A stretch of DNA of 64,000 nucleotides from a virus, in IMG/VR virus record IMGVR_UViG_3300029813_000617, positions 27,231 to 91,230 of that record. One strand, written 5' to 3'. The translations under genes were made by a program, and so were the position numbers. The notes below the pieces were generated by a model. It did no database searches and was not told the origin of the DNA. It saw only the letters and a list, made by a program, of their open reading frames with translations. Positions 36,885 to 45,496 of this stretch are shown here, piece after piece. Positions within the stretch are counted from its first letter, which is position 1. Each line of letters starts with the position of its first letter.

Positions 36885-36952
36885 GAATTGGGGAAGCTAA
36901 CCCCTTCCCCTTACTCCTCTAAGTGTAGAGGGGTGAGGTGAGTGGATAAGCC
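36885..36952 (+). repeat. Dispersed two-hairpin element, copy 3
   Basis: GGGGAAG/CTTCCCC and TTACTCCTCTA/TAGAGGGGTGA stems. Confidence 0.7.
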
Positions 36953-36969
36953 AGAAGGGAGAGGGTAGG

Positions 36970-37182
36970 ATGGCACGCTGTGTGCACCAGTGGGACATAG
37001 TGGACAAGACGGTTCTACCATCAGGGTATGAGCAGATGACTGCTGGAAACAGGGTTCTGGACGAGGTGAAGGGTATGACCACAGACTTGACACAGGCCTT
37101 GTTTCAGAAGGTCGTGGTGCTGACATTGACCTGCCCCAAGTGTGGACGCCTGCGAGTTGAGAGGACGAGGCTATTCGGGTAG
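36970..37182 (+). CDS. Hypothetical protein
   Basis: C.H.W...CPKC. Confidence 0.55.
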   Translation: MARCVHQWDIVDKTVLPSGYEQMTAGNRVLDEVKGMTTDLTQALFQKVVVLTLTCPKCGRLRVERTRLFG

Positions 37183-37193
37183 AGGAGGAAGAG

Positions 37194-37721
37194 ATGCAAG
37201 TTGAGATTGACGAGAGGGAGTTAGGCACTGTCTTGGCAGCCCTCCGCCACTGGCAAGACAGCCCAGAGGTTTGGGGCCTTGTTGCGGCGGGAGAGATGTT
37301 GACACATGAAGAGGGCGGACTGTTCGACATTGCAACGGACAGTGGGAGATTTGATGCCCTCAGTCCCGAAGAGGTCGATGCTCTCTGTGAGCGGATCAAT
37401 ACTGACCAGGTCCTGAGATGTCCTGAGTGCGGAACAGAGCTCCGTATCTTCTGCTCCTATACGGGGTTCGAGTACTATGTTGCCCAGGTCAATACCGAGG
37501 GTACAGTAGTGGGACCTCTACTCAGCAGAGACAATGACGAGTGGAAGGCTCGATCCTTCCAGTGCCCCAAGTGCGAGTGGGAAGAGAGATTCCAAGCACA
37601 TCTGAGGGCAATAGCCCAAGGAGGTCTAGGTGAACAGCAAAGAGAAGCTGGAGAGAATGGTCCAGCAGGCCCACGTCGAGTACAAGGAGCGGGCCGAGTA
37701 CGAACAGAAGGAACGGGCTGA
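37194..37721 (+). CDS. Hypothetical zinc-finger protein
   Basis: GGAGG RBS; CPEC...CPKC. Confidence 0.55.
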   Translation: MQVEIDERELGTVLAALRHWQDSPEVWGLVAAGEMLTHEEGGLFDIATDSGRFDALSPEEVDALCERINTDQVLRCPECGTELRIFCSYTGFEYYVAQVNTEGTVVGPLLSRDNDEWKARSFQCPKCEWEERFQAHLRAIAQGGLGEQQREAGENGPAGPRRVQGAGRVRTEGTG

Positions 37722-37932
37722 GCATGAGCACCGAGCTTCCTGGAGTCCCTATCTCCTAGCCCTGGATGTTGCTAGGGATGTCGGGCCTCGCAGATGGGGC
37801 GAGGCACTGCGGATGTGTGCCGATATTCCTGTACTGGGCCATATGGCAGACAAGGAGCCAGGCTCGCTTGCGATAGGCGAGAGGGCTGTCAACACTGTGC
37901 GGAAGTACATTGCCAATCAGATAGTACTATAG
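37630..37932 (+). CDS. Hypothetical protein
   Basis: AAGGAGG RBS. Confidence 0.6.
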   Translation: MNSKEKLERMVQQAHVEYKERAEYEQKERAEHEHRASWSPYLLALDVARDVGPRRWGEALRMCADIPVLGHMADKEPGSLAIGERAVNTVRKYIANQIVL

Positions 37933-37943
37933 GAGAAACACAC

Positions 37944-38357
37944 ATGAAGGTTGTTGGTGATCGAGTGAGGATCACTGTGGGTGACGGGGATTGCCTACTG
38001 CTACCAGACTACATGATCGGCAAAGTGGGGACGATCACCCGCATAGACTCAAATACAGACAGACCTGAACTTGATGAGCTCTTCTGGGTACATCTCGATG
38101 CAGGGGGCGTATGGAGCCTCCGTGAGAATGAGCTGGAGTTGGCGAAGAAGCCACCAGTTGAACCACTGCGACGGTGCGTGCCAGTACGCTGGCTTGTAGG
38201 GCACTGGGTCATGGCTATTGGGACTTGCCTCCTGGGACTTATAATCTTGTGGCTGACACTGGATCTCGTTATCGCGCTGGGTGCTTGCCTCTTCATATGG
38301 GCACTCTATGGCTGCTACCAACTCTATCAGGGCAGGAGAGGTAGACATGGAAATTGA
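37944..38357 (+). CDS. KOW/SH3-like domain plus two TM helices
   Basis: VGDRVRI...GKVGTI...ENELEL; hydrophobic C-terminus. Confidence 0.6.
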   Translation: MKVVGDRVRITVGDGDCLLLPDYMIGKVGTITRIDSNTDRPELDELFWVHLDAGGVWSLRENELELAKKPPVEPLRRCVPVRWLVGHWVMAIGTCLLGLIILWLTLDLVIALGACLFIWALYGCYQLYQGRRGRHGN

Positions 38358-38616
38358 ACGGATACTGAGAGCCACAGCAACGATTACATCTACAATCCCA
38401 GAGGAGGAATACGAGCAAGCGAAGGCAAACGGCACACTGAGGTCTGTCGCCATCAGTCAGCTACACTTCTATCTCTGGGATTATGATCAAGCACTTTTGG
38501 ATGAGATTATCCAGGATTCCAAGACATCCTATACAGTGCTCTGCACGAAGTACAACCGAGATGATCAACAACTACTGAGTACCATTGTAGCAGAGAGGCC
38601 AATCCTAGAATCCTGA
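38347..38616 (+). CDS. Hypothetical protein
   Basis: GAGG RBS. Confidence 0.55.
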   Translation: MEIERILRATATITSTIPEEEYEQAKANGTLRSVAISQLHFYLWDYDQALLDEIIQDSKTSYTVLCTKYNRDDQQLLSTIVAERPILES

Positions 38617-38780
38617 AGGAGGGATCACCATGCAGCAGGAATGGGGACAGGCCTGGCTGAAGCCACAGAGAAAGCGCCGTGACCTGAGCGGCCTGTGGCT
38701 GTTTCTGGGCATCATCGCATTCCAGGTAGGGCTGTGGGTGGTGGACTATCTGGAATATCACGACTGGGGAGGATAGGCAG

Positions 38781-38984
38781 ATGGAGAGTCACACAAGAAC
38801 TGTTGGAGACCGAATCAGGGCTAAGAAAGGGAGTAACCCTCCTGGATCACTCACACGCCTCATTGGTCAAGAGGGAGTGATCGCCCGTGTCTCTCCTTGC
38901 TTCGCTCCCCGTTTGGCAGTGGTGCGCTTCGACGATGGCACTGAACTTGCCCTCTACGCAGATGAGATGGAGGATATCGAGTAG
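38781..38984 (+). CDS. KOW/SH3-like small protein
   Basis: VGDRIR...GQEGVI...VVRF...DEME. Confidence 0.6.
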   Translation: MESHTRTVGDRIRAKKGSNPPGSLTRLIGQEGVIARVSPCFAPRLAVVRFDDGTELALYADEMEDIE

Positions 38985-39269
38985 ATGAAGAGAGATGGTC
39001 ACACAAGGGCAGTCGGAGACCGAATCAGAGTCAAGAAGGATGCTCATGTCTATGGGCAACACCTCCGCTTCGTCGGCAAGAAAGGAACTGTTGTGCGTCT
39101 CGCTCCTGGCTACTCCCGCTCCCCTCTCATCGTAGTGCGCTTTGCGAGACAGGGCTGGCCGCGCTGGCTACGGCTGACGAGGAAGTCTGGTAGTATTGAG
39201 CTTGCATTCTTTGAGGACGAGGTGGAGCTAGTTAGCAGTGACGACTCCACTAGCGAGCAAGGAGGGTAG
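38985..39269 (+). CDS. KOW/SH3-like small protein (tandem paralog)
   Basis: VGDRIR...GKKGTV...VVRF...EDEVELV. Confidence 0.6.
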   Translation: MKRDGHTRAVGDRIRVKKDAHVYGQHLRFVGKKGTVVRLAPGYSRSPLIVVRFARQGWPRWLRLTRKSGSIELAFFEDEVELVSSDDSTSEQGG

Positions 39270-39273
39270 ACAG

Positions 39274-39552
39274 ATGGAGAAACTACTCAAGGGACAGGCC
39301 GCCTACAATCTGATGGGCTGGCCGTGCATCGTCATGCAGAGCGGTCGGAGAAAGCACAATGCGGACTCTGAACCTATCCTGTGTGAAGTCTGGGGGCTGT
39401 TCCACGAGTGTGGCTCGGTCTTCAGGGGAGAGTTGTCCGTGGCCACTGACGAGGCAGCCTGGGAGCAGGCCGTCCGCCAGTACAATGGTGATCCAGACGA
39501 TCGCTACTTCAAGGGTGCTGTCCTCTTTGATGCCCCGCCAGTAGCCCCGTAA
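39274..39552 (+). CDS. Hypothetical protein
   Basis: GGAGG RBS. Confidence 0.6.
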   Translation: MEKLLKGQAAYNLMGWPCIVMQSGRRKHNADSEPILCEVWGLFHECGSVFRGELSVATDEAAWEQAVRQYNGDPDDRYFKGAVLFDAPPVAP

Positions 39553-39569
39553 CTGGCAGGAGAAACAAC

Positions 39570-39809
39570 GTGGTGAAGCATGACAGAATAGCACGGGTCT
39601 ACCAAGCACTAACTGCCCTGGTCGAGTTTACTGTCGAGTGCCGCCCTGATTTTTCGACGAAGGAGGGATATGAGCCAGGCGATGAGAAAGCACCGTTTTT
39701 CTCGGAGACGTTCCTTTATCTACTTCTTGGCAAGATGGATGCGCGAACATTGCTGGCTCGGCTTCGGCGGGTATGTGAAGCAGTAGACATGGACACATCG
39801 AGATTTTGA
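39570..39809 (+). CDS. Hypothetical protein
   Basis: AGGAG RBS. Confidence 0.6.
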   Translation: MVKHDRIARVYQALTALVEFTVECRPDFSTKEGYEPGDEKAPFFSETFLYLLLGKMDARTLLARLRRVCEAVDMDTSRF

Positions 39810-39871
39810 TGCCAAGAGGCAAGCACACTGCCCCACTGGTGACATTGTAACAGCCAGAAAGGACCCTCCTG

Positions 39872-40291
39872 ATGAGCGCCTACATCGTCGATGACAAGAC
39901 CATCAACCGCATTGTTTCAGCCGCTATACTCCACACTCTAGGTTCTCTCGCACCAGCACCCAGGCTCCTCGTGCCTGACAACCCAGAACTTGATGACTGG
40001 CATTCGCTCGGCTCGGCTATGCGAGATATGAACGTAGCCGCTGTGATCGCTCGCTATGGCCCCTCTGACTCCCTGCCTGGGCCATCACCCCTCCTGCCCT
40101 ACCAGTTTCAGCCCGTGACTGCTCCAGGTCTTGTCCAAACCATCAAGAGCCTGGCGTGCTACCTGTACCAATGTTCAGAGGGCGATATCCCTAACTGGCG
40201 ACTGTATCAGCAGCTCGACAAGTGGCAAACCGAGCTTTGCCAACACTATGTCACAGAATCTGACGCATACGAGCAAGCCGAGTGGGCCTAG
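39872..40291 (+). CDS. Phage hypothetical protein
   Basis: MSAYIV...N.....RY...CYLYQCSE. Confidence 0.7.
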   Translation: MSAYIVDDKTINRIVSAAILHTLGSLAPAPRLLVPDNPELDDWHSLGSAMRDMNVAAVIARYGPSDSLPGPSPLLPYQFQPVTAPGLVQTIKSLACYLYQCSEGDIPNWRLYQQLDKWQTELCQHYVTESDAYEQAEWA

Positions 40292-40338
40292 TCTACTATG
40301 CCCCACTAGCGGCATTGTAACTGGCAAGGAGAGATAGA

Positions 40339-40641
40339 ATGAAGACCCAAGACCTGGCCTTCAACCTGGCTGACCTCACAAGCATCATGCGAACTGAGCC
40401 GATCCTATTCTCGTGCATGATCCAACCAGTCCTGACCGAGACCACCAAAGGCTTCAACAGCAAGAGCGTAGACGGTATCTATGTCCTCTGTTGCCCATTG
40501 AGTGCCGAGCGTCAGAATGCCATCGTCGAGGTCATCCGACGACCTCCTGGCAATCACCGTCCTGGTATCCCACGCCATCAGCTTCGCATGAAACAGCGAA
40601 AGTATGATCGGAGTAAGAGGGGCCGCTGGGTCACAGTCTAG
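40339..40641 (+). CDS. Hypothetical protein
   Basis: AAGGAG RBS. Confidence 0.6.
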   Translation: MKTQDLAFNLADLTSIMRTEPILFSCMIQPVLTETTKGFNSKSVDGIYVLCCPLSAERQNAIVEVIRRPPGNHRPGIPRHQLRMKQRKYDRSKRGRWVTV

Positions 40642-40692
40642 CCAACCTGCTGCCCTACCAGCGGCCCCGTAACTGGAGAAAGGAAGGACAGA

Positions 40693-41001
40693 ATGCCCCT
40701 GACTGAGAAGCTACATCCCAGTAGGTTTACCGCCATGAGTGGCAAGATGTCTGCCATTCTGAGTTTCGTCCTGAATCAGTCCTGGACCGATCCTGGGATA
40801 CAGGAATTGCATGTCACCAGCGACGGCTGCCTGATGGCTCGTGTCGATGGAGACATTGGCTGCAATGACTTTATCGGGGCCGTGAGTGACTGGGACTCCA
40901 ATCTGCAGCGACTGTTCGAGGTGGCGGAGCTGACACCCGAAGAGCGGCAGGAGTTTGCAGGACTATGGCAGACCCGGGTAAAGGACTGGCGAGTTTCCTA
41001 G
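40693..41001 (+). CDS. Hypothetical protein
   Basis: AGGAAGG RBS. Confidence 0.6.
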   Translation: MPLTEKLHPSRFTAMSGKMSAILSFVLNQSWTDPGIQELHVTSDGCLMARVDGDIGCNDFIGAVSDWDSNLQRLFEVAELTPEERQEFAGLWQTRVKDWRVS

Positions 41002-41051
41002 GTGGAAGGGGGAAGCAGGTGGGTTCGAGTCCCACCGCCGCCTCTGGTCCA
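41000..41051 (+). other. tRNA-like half (T-arm plus acceptor-like stem)
   Basis: GGTGGG-TTCGAGT-CCCACC T-arm; AGGTGG/CCGCCT flanking stem; no D or anticodon arm. Confidence 0.5.
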
Positions 41052-41075
41052 ATTCTAGCAAGAAAGGAGCACCCG

Positions 41076-41372
41076 ATGTCCAGCAATGAGGTCGCAGTCA
41101 ATACCATCAATCCTGTTCGCGGGGCTGTCGAGGCTGCGCTGCGACCTGAGAACCTACAGGGTGTCCTCATCGAGGGCACTGCCACCCGTGTGCGAGCCAT
41201 CCCCCCCCTTGCCCTGGTGGATGAGGACGTGGGCTGGCTGACACGCCACCTGACGGAGCGCCTAGTAAACGGCACGCTCAAGCCTGGCGAGATCGTGTTC
41301 AATCGATACACCGCCTGGTCTGTCTCTGGTGACCTATCTGTTTCGGCCACTGGCACTGTTCTCGAGCGGTGA
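41076..41372 (+). CDS. Hypothetical protein
   Basis: AAAGGAG RBS. Confidence 0.6.
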   Translation: MSSNEVAVNTINPVRGAVEAALRPENLQGVLIEGTATRVRAIPPLALVDEDVGWLTRHLTERLVNGTLKPGEIVFNRYTAWSVSGDLSVSATGTVLER

Positions 41373-41412
41373 ACCCATTGCTGTTGCTCATTAGCATACA
41401 ACAGGAGGAAAT

Positions 41413-41868
41413 GTGGCAGAACTAATTATCGACCCAGAGCGAGTCAACAAGGCTTTCCTGGAGGTCCTCTACACCGAGTCTGAAGTGGAAGCCTACGCTG
41501 ATTCTGAGCTAGGGGCTGAGGGTCAACCCAAGGGGGCTATCATCGTAGAGGGAATCATGAACAGGTTTGGATTCCATCCTGAACGCCTGGAGCAGAAGCG
41601 TGAACAGGTGGGGCGCTGGCTGAGAGCTCTCCCTCACCAGTTCCACGCAGATGGTGGTGAGGATAGTGGCGGCTGGTCATTCCTGAATGCGTGCAACCAG
41701 GAGAACGGTATGCAGTGGACTGGCCTACATCAGCGTATGGAGCAACTGTTCTGTCTCGGGATGGGGTTGGGACTCGTCAGGTGCCAGTTCCCCCGCGAGA
41801 TGTGGAGTATCCTGCATGGGGGAATGCCTTACTACGTCATTGACCTTGACGCACAGATCCGGGACTAG
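41413..41868 (+). CDS. Phage hypothetical protein
   Basis: GGWSFLNAC...QWTG.H..MEQL...GGMPYY. Confidence 0.7.
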   Translation: MAELIIDPERVNKAFLEVLYTESEVEAYADSELGAEGQPKGAIIVEGIMNRFGFHPERLEQKREQVGRWLRALPHQFHADGGEDSGGWSFLNACNQENGMQWTGLHQRMEQLFCLGMGLGLVRCQFPREMWSILHGGMPYYVIDLDAQIRD

Positions 41869-41908
41869 CGACCAACTCTGCCAGCGCATAATGGAATGGG
41901 AGGATACC

Positions 41909-42331
41909 ATGATCGACCTATGGCCAGAGGACATCCGGGCAGTGAGTGTAAAAGCTCCAGTGACCATTCTCAGAGAGCAGGCTGCATTCCTGGGCCAGAG
42001 GACCAAGAACATCGTTACCGCTGAGGTAGTCCGCTGTGTAAGCATCGACACAGTCAAGTTCGCCTTCTACATTGTAGGGCCAGCTATCAGCAACTACCGA
42101 TGGCGAGTCTTTACGATGTCCTATGGTGCGGAGTACTACCCACTGACCCTCGAACTCGCCCCAGGTGTCCTACAAGGATTCTGTGATGATGCAGCTCCAC
42201 ATGGTGTGACTGCTACCATCAGCTCTCGCGACGAGTTCCTGGTAGAGCTACGCAAAGTGTTCGCTGCTGACAAGACGCTACGAGTCATTCGAGCAATCCT
42301 GGCTCTGTCAGGCGTTGAGCCTGACGACTAG
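41909..42331 (+). CDS. Hypothetical protein
   Basis: DLWP...P..ILREQA..L...T.N. Confidence 0.65.
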   Translation: MIDLWPEDIRAVSVKAPVTILREQAAFLGQRTKNIVTAEVVRCVSIDTVKFAFYIVGPAISNYRWRVFTMSYGAEYYPLTLELAPGVLQGFCDDAAPHGVTATISSRDEFLVELRKVFAADKTLRVIRAILALSGVEPDD

Positions 42332-42346
42332 CTAGAGGAGGGATAT

Positions 42347-42664
42347 ATGGACAAGGAGAAATTCCGCAGGGCAGTCCTGGACTCAGCGGAAAACCTTGTA
42401 AGGAGAGTCCTGAGTCACAGAGTCAAAGGTCATACCCAGATTCCAGCACTTGTCTATGACCTGCGACTGGTCGGCATAAAGCCTCTTCTATCAGTCAAGA
42501 GTGGTGGTGGCTTTGTAGAAGGTGTCCAGACTACTACCTTCGGCGACACACTCAGTGAACTGATTGGTGGTGAATGGCGACTTGATGAACAGTACCAAAG
42601 AACGGAGGTCAGTGGTAACCCATCAGAAGGAGAGTGGCATGGACAAGGTGAAGTTCCGAAGTGA
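42347..42664 (+). CDS. Hypothetical protein
   Basis: GGAGG RBS. Confidence 0.6.
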   Translation: MDKEKFRRAVLDSAENLVRRVLSHRVKGHTQIPALVYDLRLVGIKPLLSVKSGGGFVEGVQTTTFGDTLSELIGGEWRLDEQYQRTEVSGNPSEGEWHGQGEVPK

Positions 42665-42938
42665 CATGCACGAGGCACTAGATCGCCTAGTGACCCGAGC
42701 CCTAGAGGGCAAACTGGATGATGTGGACATCTGGGACCTGCAGTTGATTGCGACTACATCCAGGCGAGACTCTGGTGGTGCTGTCTGGATTGCGGATTGG
42801 AACACGAGCACCACATTCGGAGAAGAGCTCGTCATGCTGGTTGATGGCAGACTGAGGCTCGACAGTATCTATCACAGGGAGTCGCCGGCAAAGGACACTT
42901 ACACAGGAGTGACATCAGACAGCAACCTATACAGTTAG
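42639..42938 (+). CDS. Hypothetical protein (tandem paralog of the previous gene)
   Basis: MDK.KFR...TTFG..L..L..G..RLD..Y.R shared. Confidence 0.6.
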   Translation: MDKVKFRSDMHEALDRLVTRALEGKLDDVDIWDLQLIATTSRRDSGGAVWIADWNTSTTFGEELVMLVDGRLRLDSIYHRESPAKDTYTGVTSDSNLYS

Positions 42939-42959
42939 CATATAACAGGGGAAAACCCC

Positions 42960-43160
42960 GTGAAGATTGATGGCCTACATATCAGGCCCCATCTCTCAGT
43001 AGACATGGAAGAGAACTCTCTTGTCATCCTGGGAGTATGCGCAAGGGCACTGCGCCAACTCGACATAGCGGAGACGGAGATTCGCCGCTTCAGGCGAGAG
43101 GCAATGTCCGATGACCGTGAGCACCTGATCGCAGTTGTCCAGAGTGTCTTCGAATGCTAA
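42960..43160 (+). CDS. Hypothetical protein
   Basis: N...ILG...RAL...F..EA.S.D..HL. Confidence 0.6.
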   Translation: MKIDGLHIRPHLSVDMEENSLVILGVCARALRQLDIAETEIRRFRREAMSDDREHLIAVVQSVFEC

Positions 43161-43191
43161 GAGGAGCCATAGTTGGCGGAAGAAGGGAAGA

Positions 43192-43722
43192 ATGAGTCCT
43201 ATCGAGAAACTTCGCCTCTGCCCCCGTTGTGAGGGCAACATTTTGGCGGACAAACAGAAGATTTGTCCTCTATGTTCTCTAGACGCAGCCATTGGAGGCA
43301 TCCGAGGATGGAGAGTGGGATGGAGGGGGCTTTATTGGGAGAACGCGGCAGTGCGGAAAATCCGAATTACAGACTGGCACCCAACTCGACAGATAGGCAG
43401 AGCCCTGACCATGTTAGTCTGGCTGAATAACGAGTGTGAGTCTGGTATAGATTTCGAGTTACTCAAAGAAGGTGAAAAGAGAGTCTGTCTGATTCACTAC
43501 AATGGCGAAGTAGCTACCTCTGCGGAGGTGACTGACGATTATGCCTTGCCCATCTGCAAGGCTCTTGTGGCATCGGGTGTAGCTGCAGAAACCGATTACT
43601 TCCAGATACAGGCAGAGAAAGATAAGAGAGAAAGGCGGGCGAGAAGCGCATTCGATATACAAGGTCCTGAGCCACACTGGGGGGCCGAGGAAGAAGCACG
43701 TGCTGCTGCATTTCCTGGCTAG
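43192..43722 (+). CDS. Hypothetical protein
   Basis: CPRC...CPLC. Confidence 0.55.
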   Translation: MSPIEKLRLCPRCEGNILADKQKICPLCSLDAAIGGIRGWRVGWRGLYWENAAVRKIRITDWHPTRQIGRALTMLVWLNNECESGIDFELLKEGEKRVCLIHYNGEVATSAEVTDDYALPICKALVASGVAAETDYFQIQAEKDKRERRARSAFDIQGPEPHWGAEEEARAAAFPG

Positions 43723-43843
43723 GAGAGCAACATGAGGGATTTTCAGCCAGGGAGGCAGTCCCAGAATGGCAGGTCGATCTCTCACCGGTGATACTCAGAA
43801 TGCTCAACCAAGGAGGAGAGAGGTGAACTACTGGGAAGGCATA

Positions 43844-44173
43844 ATGAACTGGCCAATCGACTCAGATTGGAAGTGCGAGATCTGCGGAATGACTTCGCCA
43901 GGGTCGTCGGTGGGTCCTCTGTTGGGCGAGCCCTTCCTAACCTGGGGTTTCCGCAATGGTACATGCCGCTGTGATATCTGCCATACCCAGTACACGATGA
44001 GGGACTGGGGGGCCGAGAAGTTTACACCAGTAACCAGACCCATCTGTCTCCTGAAGCCAGAGTACAAGGCAGCCTTTGTCAAGCTCTGGGCAGAACACCA
44101 CCGCCCAGTTGACCAGATCACAGACGAGGAATGGGAGGCAGCAGGGATCGTTCTCGAAGTTCCAGTCGAGTAG
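43844..44173 (+). CDS. Zinc-finger hypothetical protein
   Basis: CEIC...CDIC. Confidence 0.55.
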   Translation: MNWPIDSDWKCEICGMTSPGSSVGPLLGEPFLTWGFRNGTCRCDICHTQYTMRDWGAEKFTPVTRPICLLKPEYKAAFVKLWAEHHRPVDQITDEEWEAAGIVLEVPVE

Positions 44174-44198
44174 CACAGCACGGAGAAAGGAGTCAACT

Positions 44199-44546
44199 AT
44201 GTCTTGGGATGTAACCCTGATGAAGGATGACCTCCCTGTAACTGTAGAATTACATACTGAGGGGGGGACCCAGGCCATTGGTGGCACAACTGATGCCTGG
44301 CTGAATGTCACCTACAACTACTCACCATACTACTATAAGTACCTGGACAACGACAAGAGTCTGAATTGGCTCAATGGACGAAAGGCCAGTGATTGCATTG
44401 AGCAGCTTCAGGCAGCTGTGATGAACCTGGGCACCGTGCGAGATCCAGACTACTGGAAAGCAACGCCAGGCAACGGAGGGCACGCCCTGGGCATTTTGCT
44501 AAGGTGGGCTCGGCAGCATCCCGACGCGACCTTCGAGGTCACATAG
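44199..44546 (+). CDS. Phage hypothetical protein
   Basis: LNVTYNY...YWKATPGN...A..HPD. Confidence 0.65.
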   Translation: MSWDVTLMKDDLPVTVELHTEGGTQAIGGTTDAWLNVTYNYSPYYYKYLDNDKSLNWLNGRKASDCIEQLQAAVMNLGTVRDPDYWKATPGNGGHALGILLRWARQHPDATFEVT

Positions 44547-44746
44547 GAAAGGAGCGAGTCGCAGCTATGAGGGAGTGTTCAGAAGGCGCGGGACCAGCCT
44601 TCAGGGACACACGAGTGGGCAGAAGCATCTCTCGACACAGAGGCTATACCAGACCCTAGTTGACTCGTGGCCAGCGCCATCGCATCCGCAAGAGGCAGCA
44701 CCAGGCCAAGAAGCGAGGCAGACGCAAGTAGAAAGGAGGACTGAAA

Positions 44747-45298
44747 GTGCATGCAAGATTGATTGTGCTTCTGGATAGGAAAGAGGGTGAGACCTCCTCT
44801 GATGCCAGGGAGAGAGCTAACTCACGCCTTATGAGTGAGAGCTTCACTGGAGAGGGGGGTCTGTTTGCCTCCCCTCCATCAGATTGGTTCGTTATCGGTG
44901 GCAGATGGTCAGGGCAACTGACCGAACTCAAGCTAGACCAGGACCAGTGGAAGGCCTTCCGAGTAGAGTATGAAGACCGAAGACTAGGCTGGATTAGCAA
45001 AAAGAATCCAGAGGAGAAGCAGAAGGCAAGAGCACAGAAGCTCTTCCGACAGTTCTTCCCTGAGTTCAAGGGGGAGCTACCGGTCAACCGAGATCCCTAT
45101 GAGACCCTCGGTTTCGAAGACGACGCCCAGGTCCTGGACGAGGTGCTCTACGAGTTCCTGGAGGGACTTGAAGACTACGCTCAGGATGGTAGTCTCTACG
45201 AGGGCGGTTGCTTTGTCGATCTGGATGACCCTCGTGCTGGGCTAGACTTAGCTATCATTGGCAAGAAGTGGTGCGTGGTCATAGACTTTCACAGCTAG
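44747..45298 (+). CDS. Phage protein of the DW..IGGRW.G...VD.H type
   Basis: SDWFVIGGRWSG; C-terminal VIDFHS. Confidence 0.65.
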   Translation: MHARLIVLLDRKEGETSSDARERANSRLMSESFTGEGGLFASPPSDWFVIGGRWSGQLTELKLDQDQWKAFRVEYEDRRLGWISKKNPEEKQKARAQKLFRQFFPEFKGELPVNRDPYETLGFEDDAQVLDEVLYEFLEGLEDYAQDGSLYEGGCFVDLDDPRAGLDLAIIGKKWCVVIDFHS

Positions 45299-45356
45299 CT
45301 CCAAGAGGAGGTGATGCCAGGGCAAACGAAGCACCGTAGGTAGCTGTAGGCAGGGG

Positions 45357-45470
45357 GGTGACCTCAGGTGACCTTTAGCCAGAGGTGATTTGAGCTGACC
45401 TTTAGTCAGAGCTGACCGCTGACCGAGGGCAGCGAGAATAGTCAGAGCTGACCGTGGGCAGTAGCTGACC
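45357..45470. repeat. G(G/C)TGACC repeat cluster
   Basis: 7 exact copies; TAGTCAGAGCTGACCG occurs twice. Confidence 0.8.
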
Positions 45471-45496
45471 GTAGACAGTGAGAAAGGAGAAGAGTT

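Larger units (their letters stand above)
39531..40687 (+). repeat. Four copies of TGCCC-N13-GTAAC upstream of consecutive RBSs
   Basis: Copies start at 39531, 39829, 40299 and 40651. Confidence 0.8.

Noticed and set aside
41000-41051. Complete tRNA gene
   Set aside because: No D-arm or anticodon arm; kept only as a tRNA-like element.
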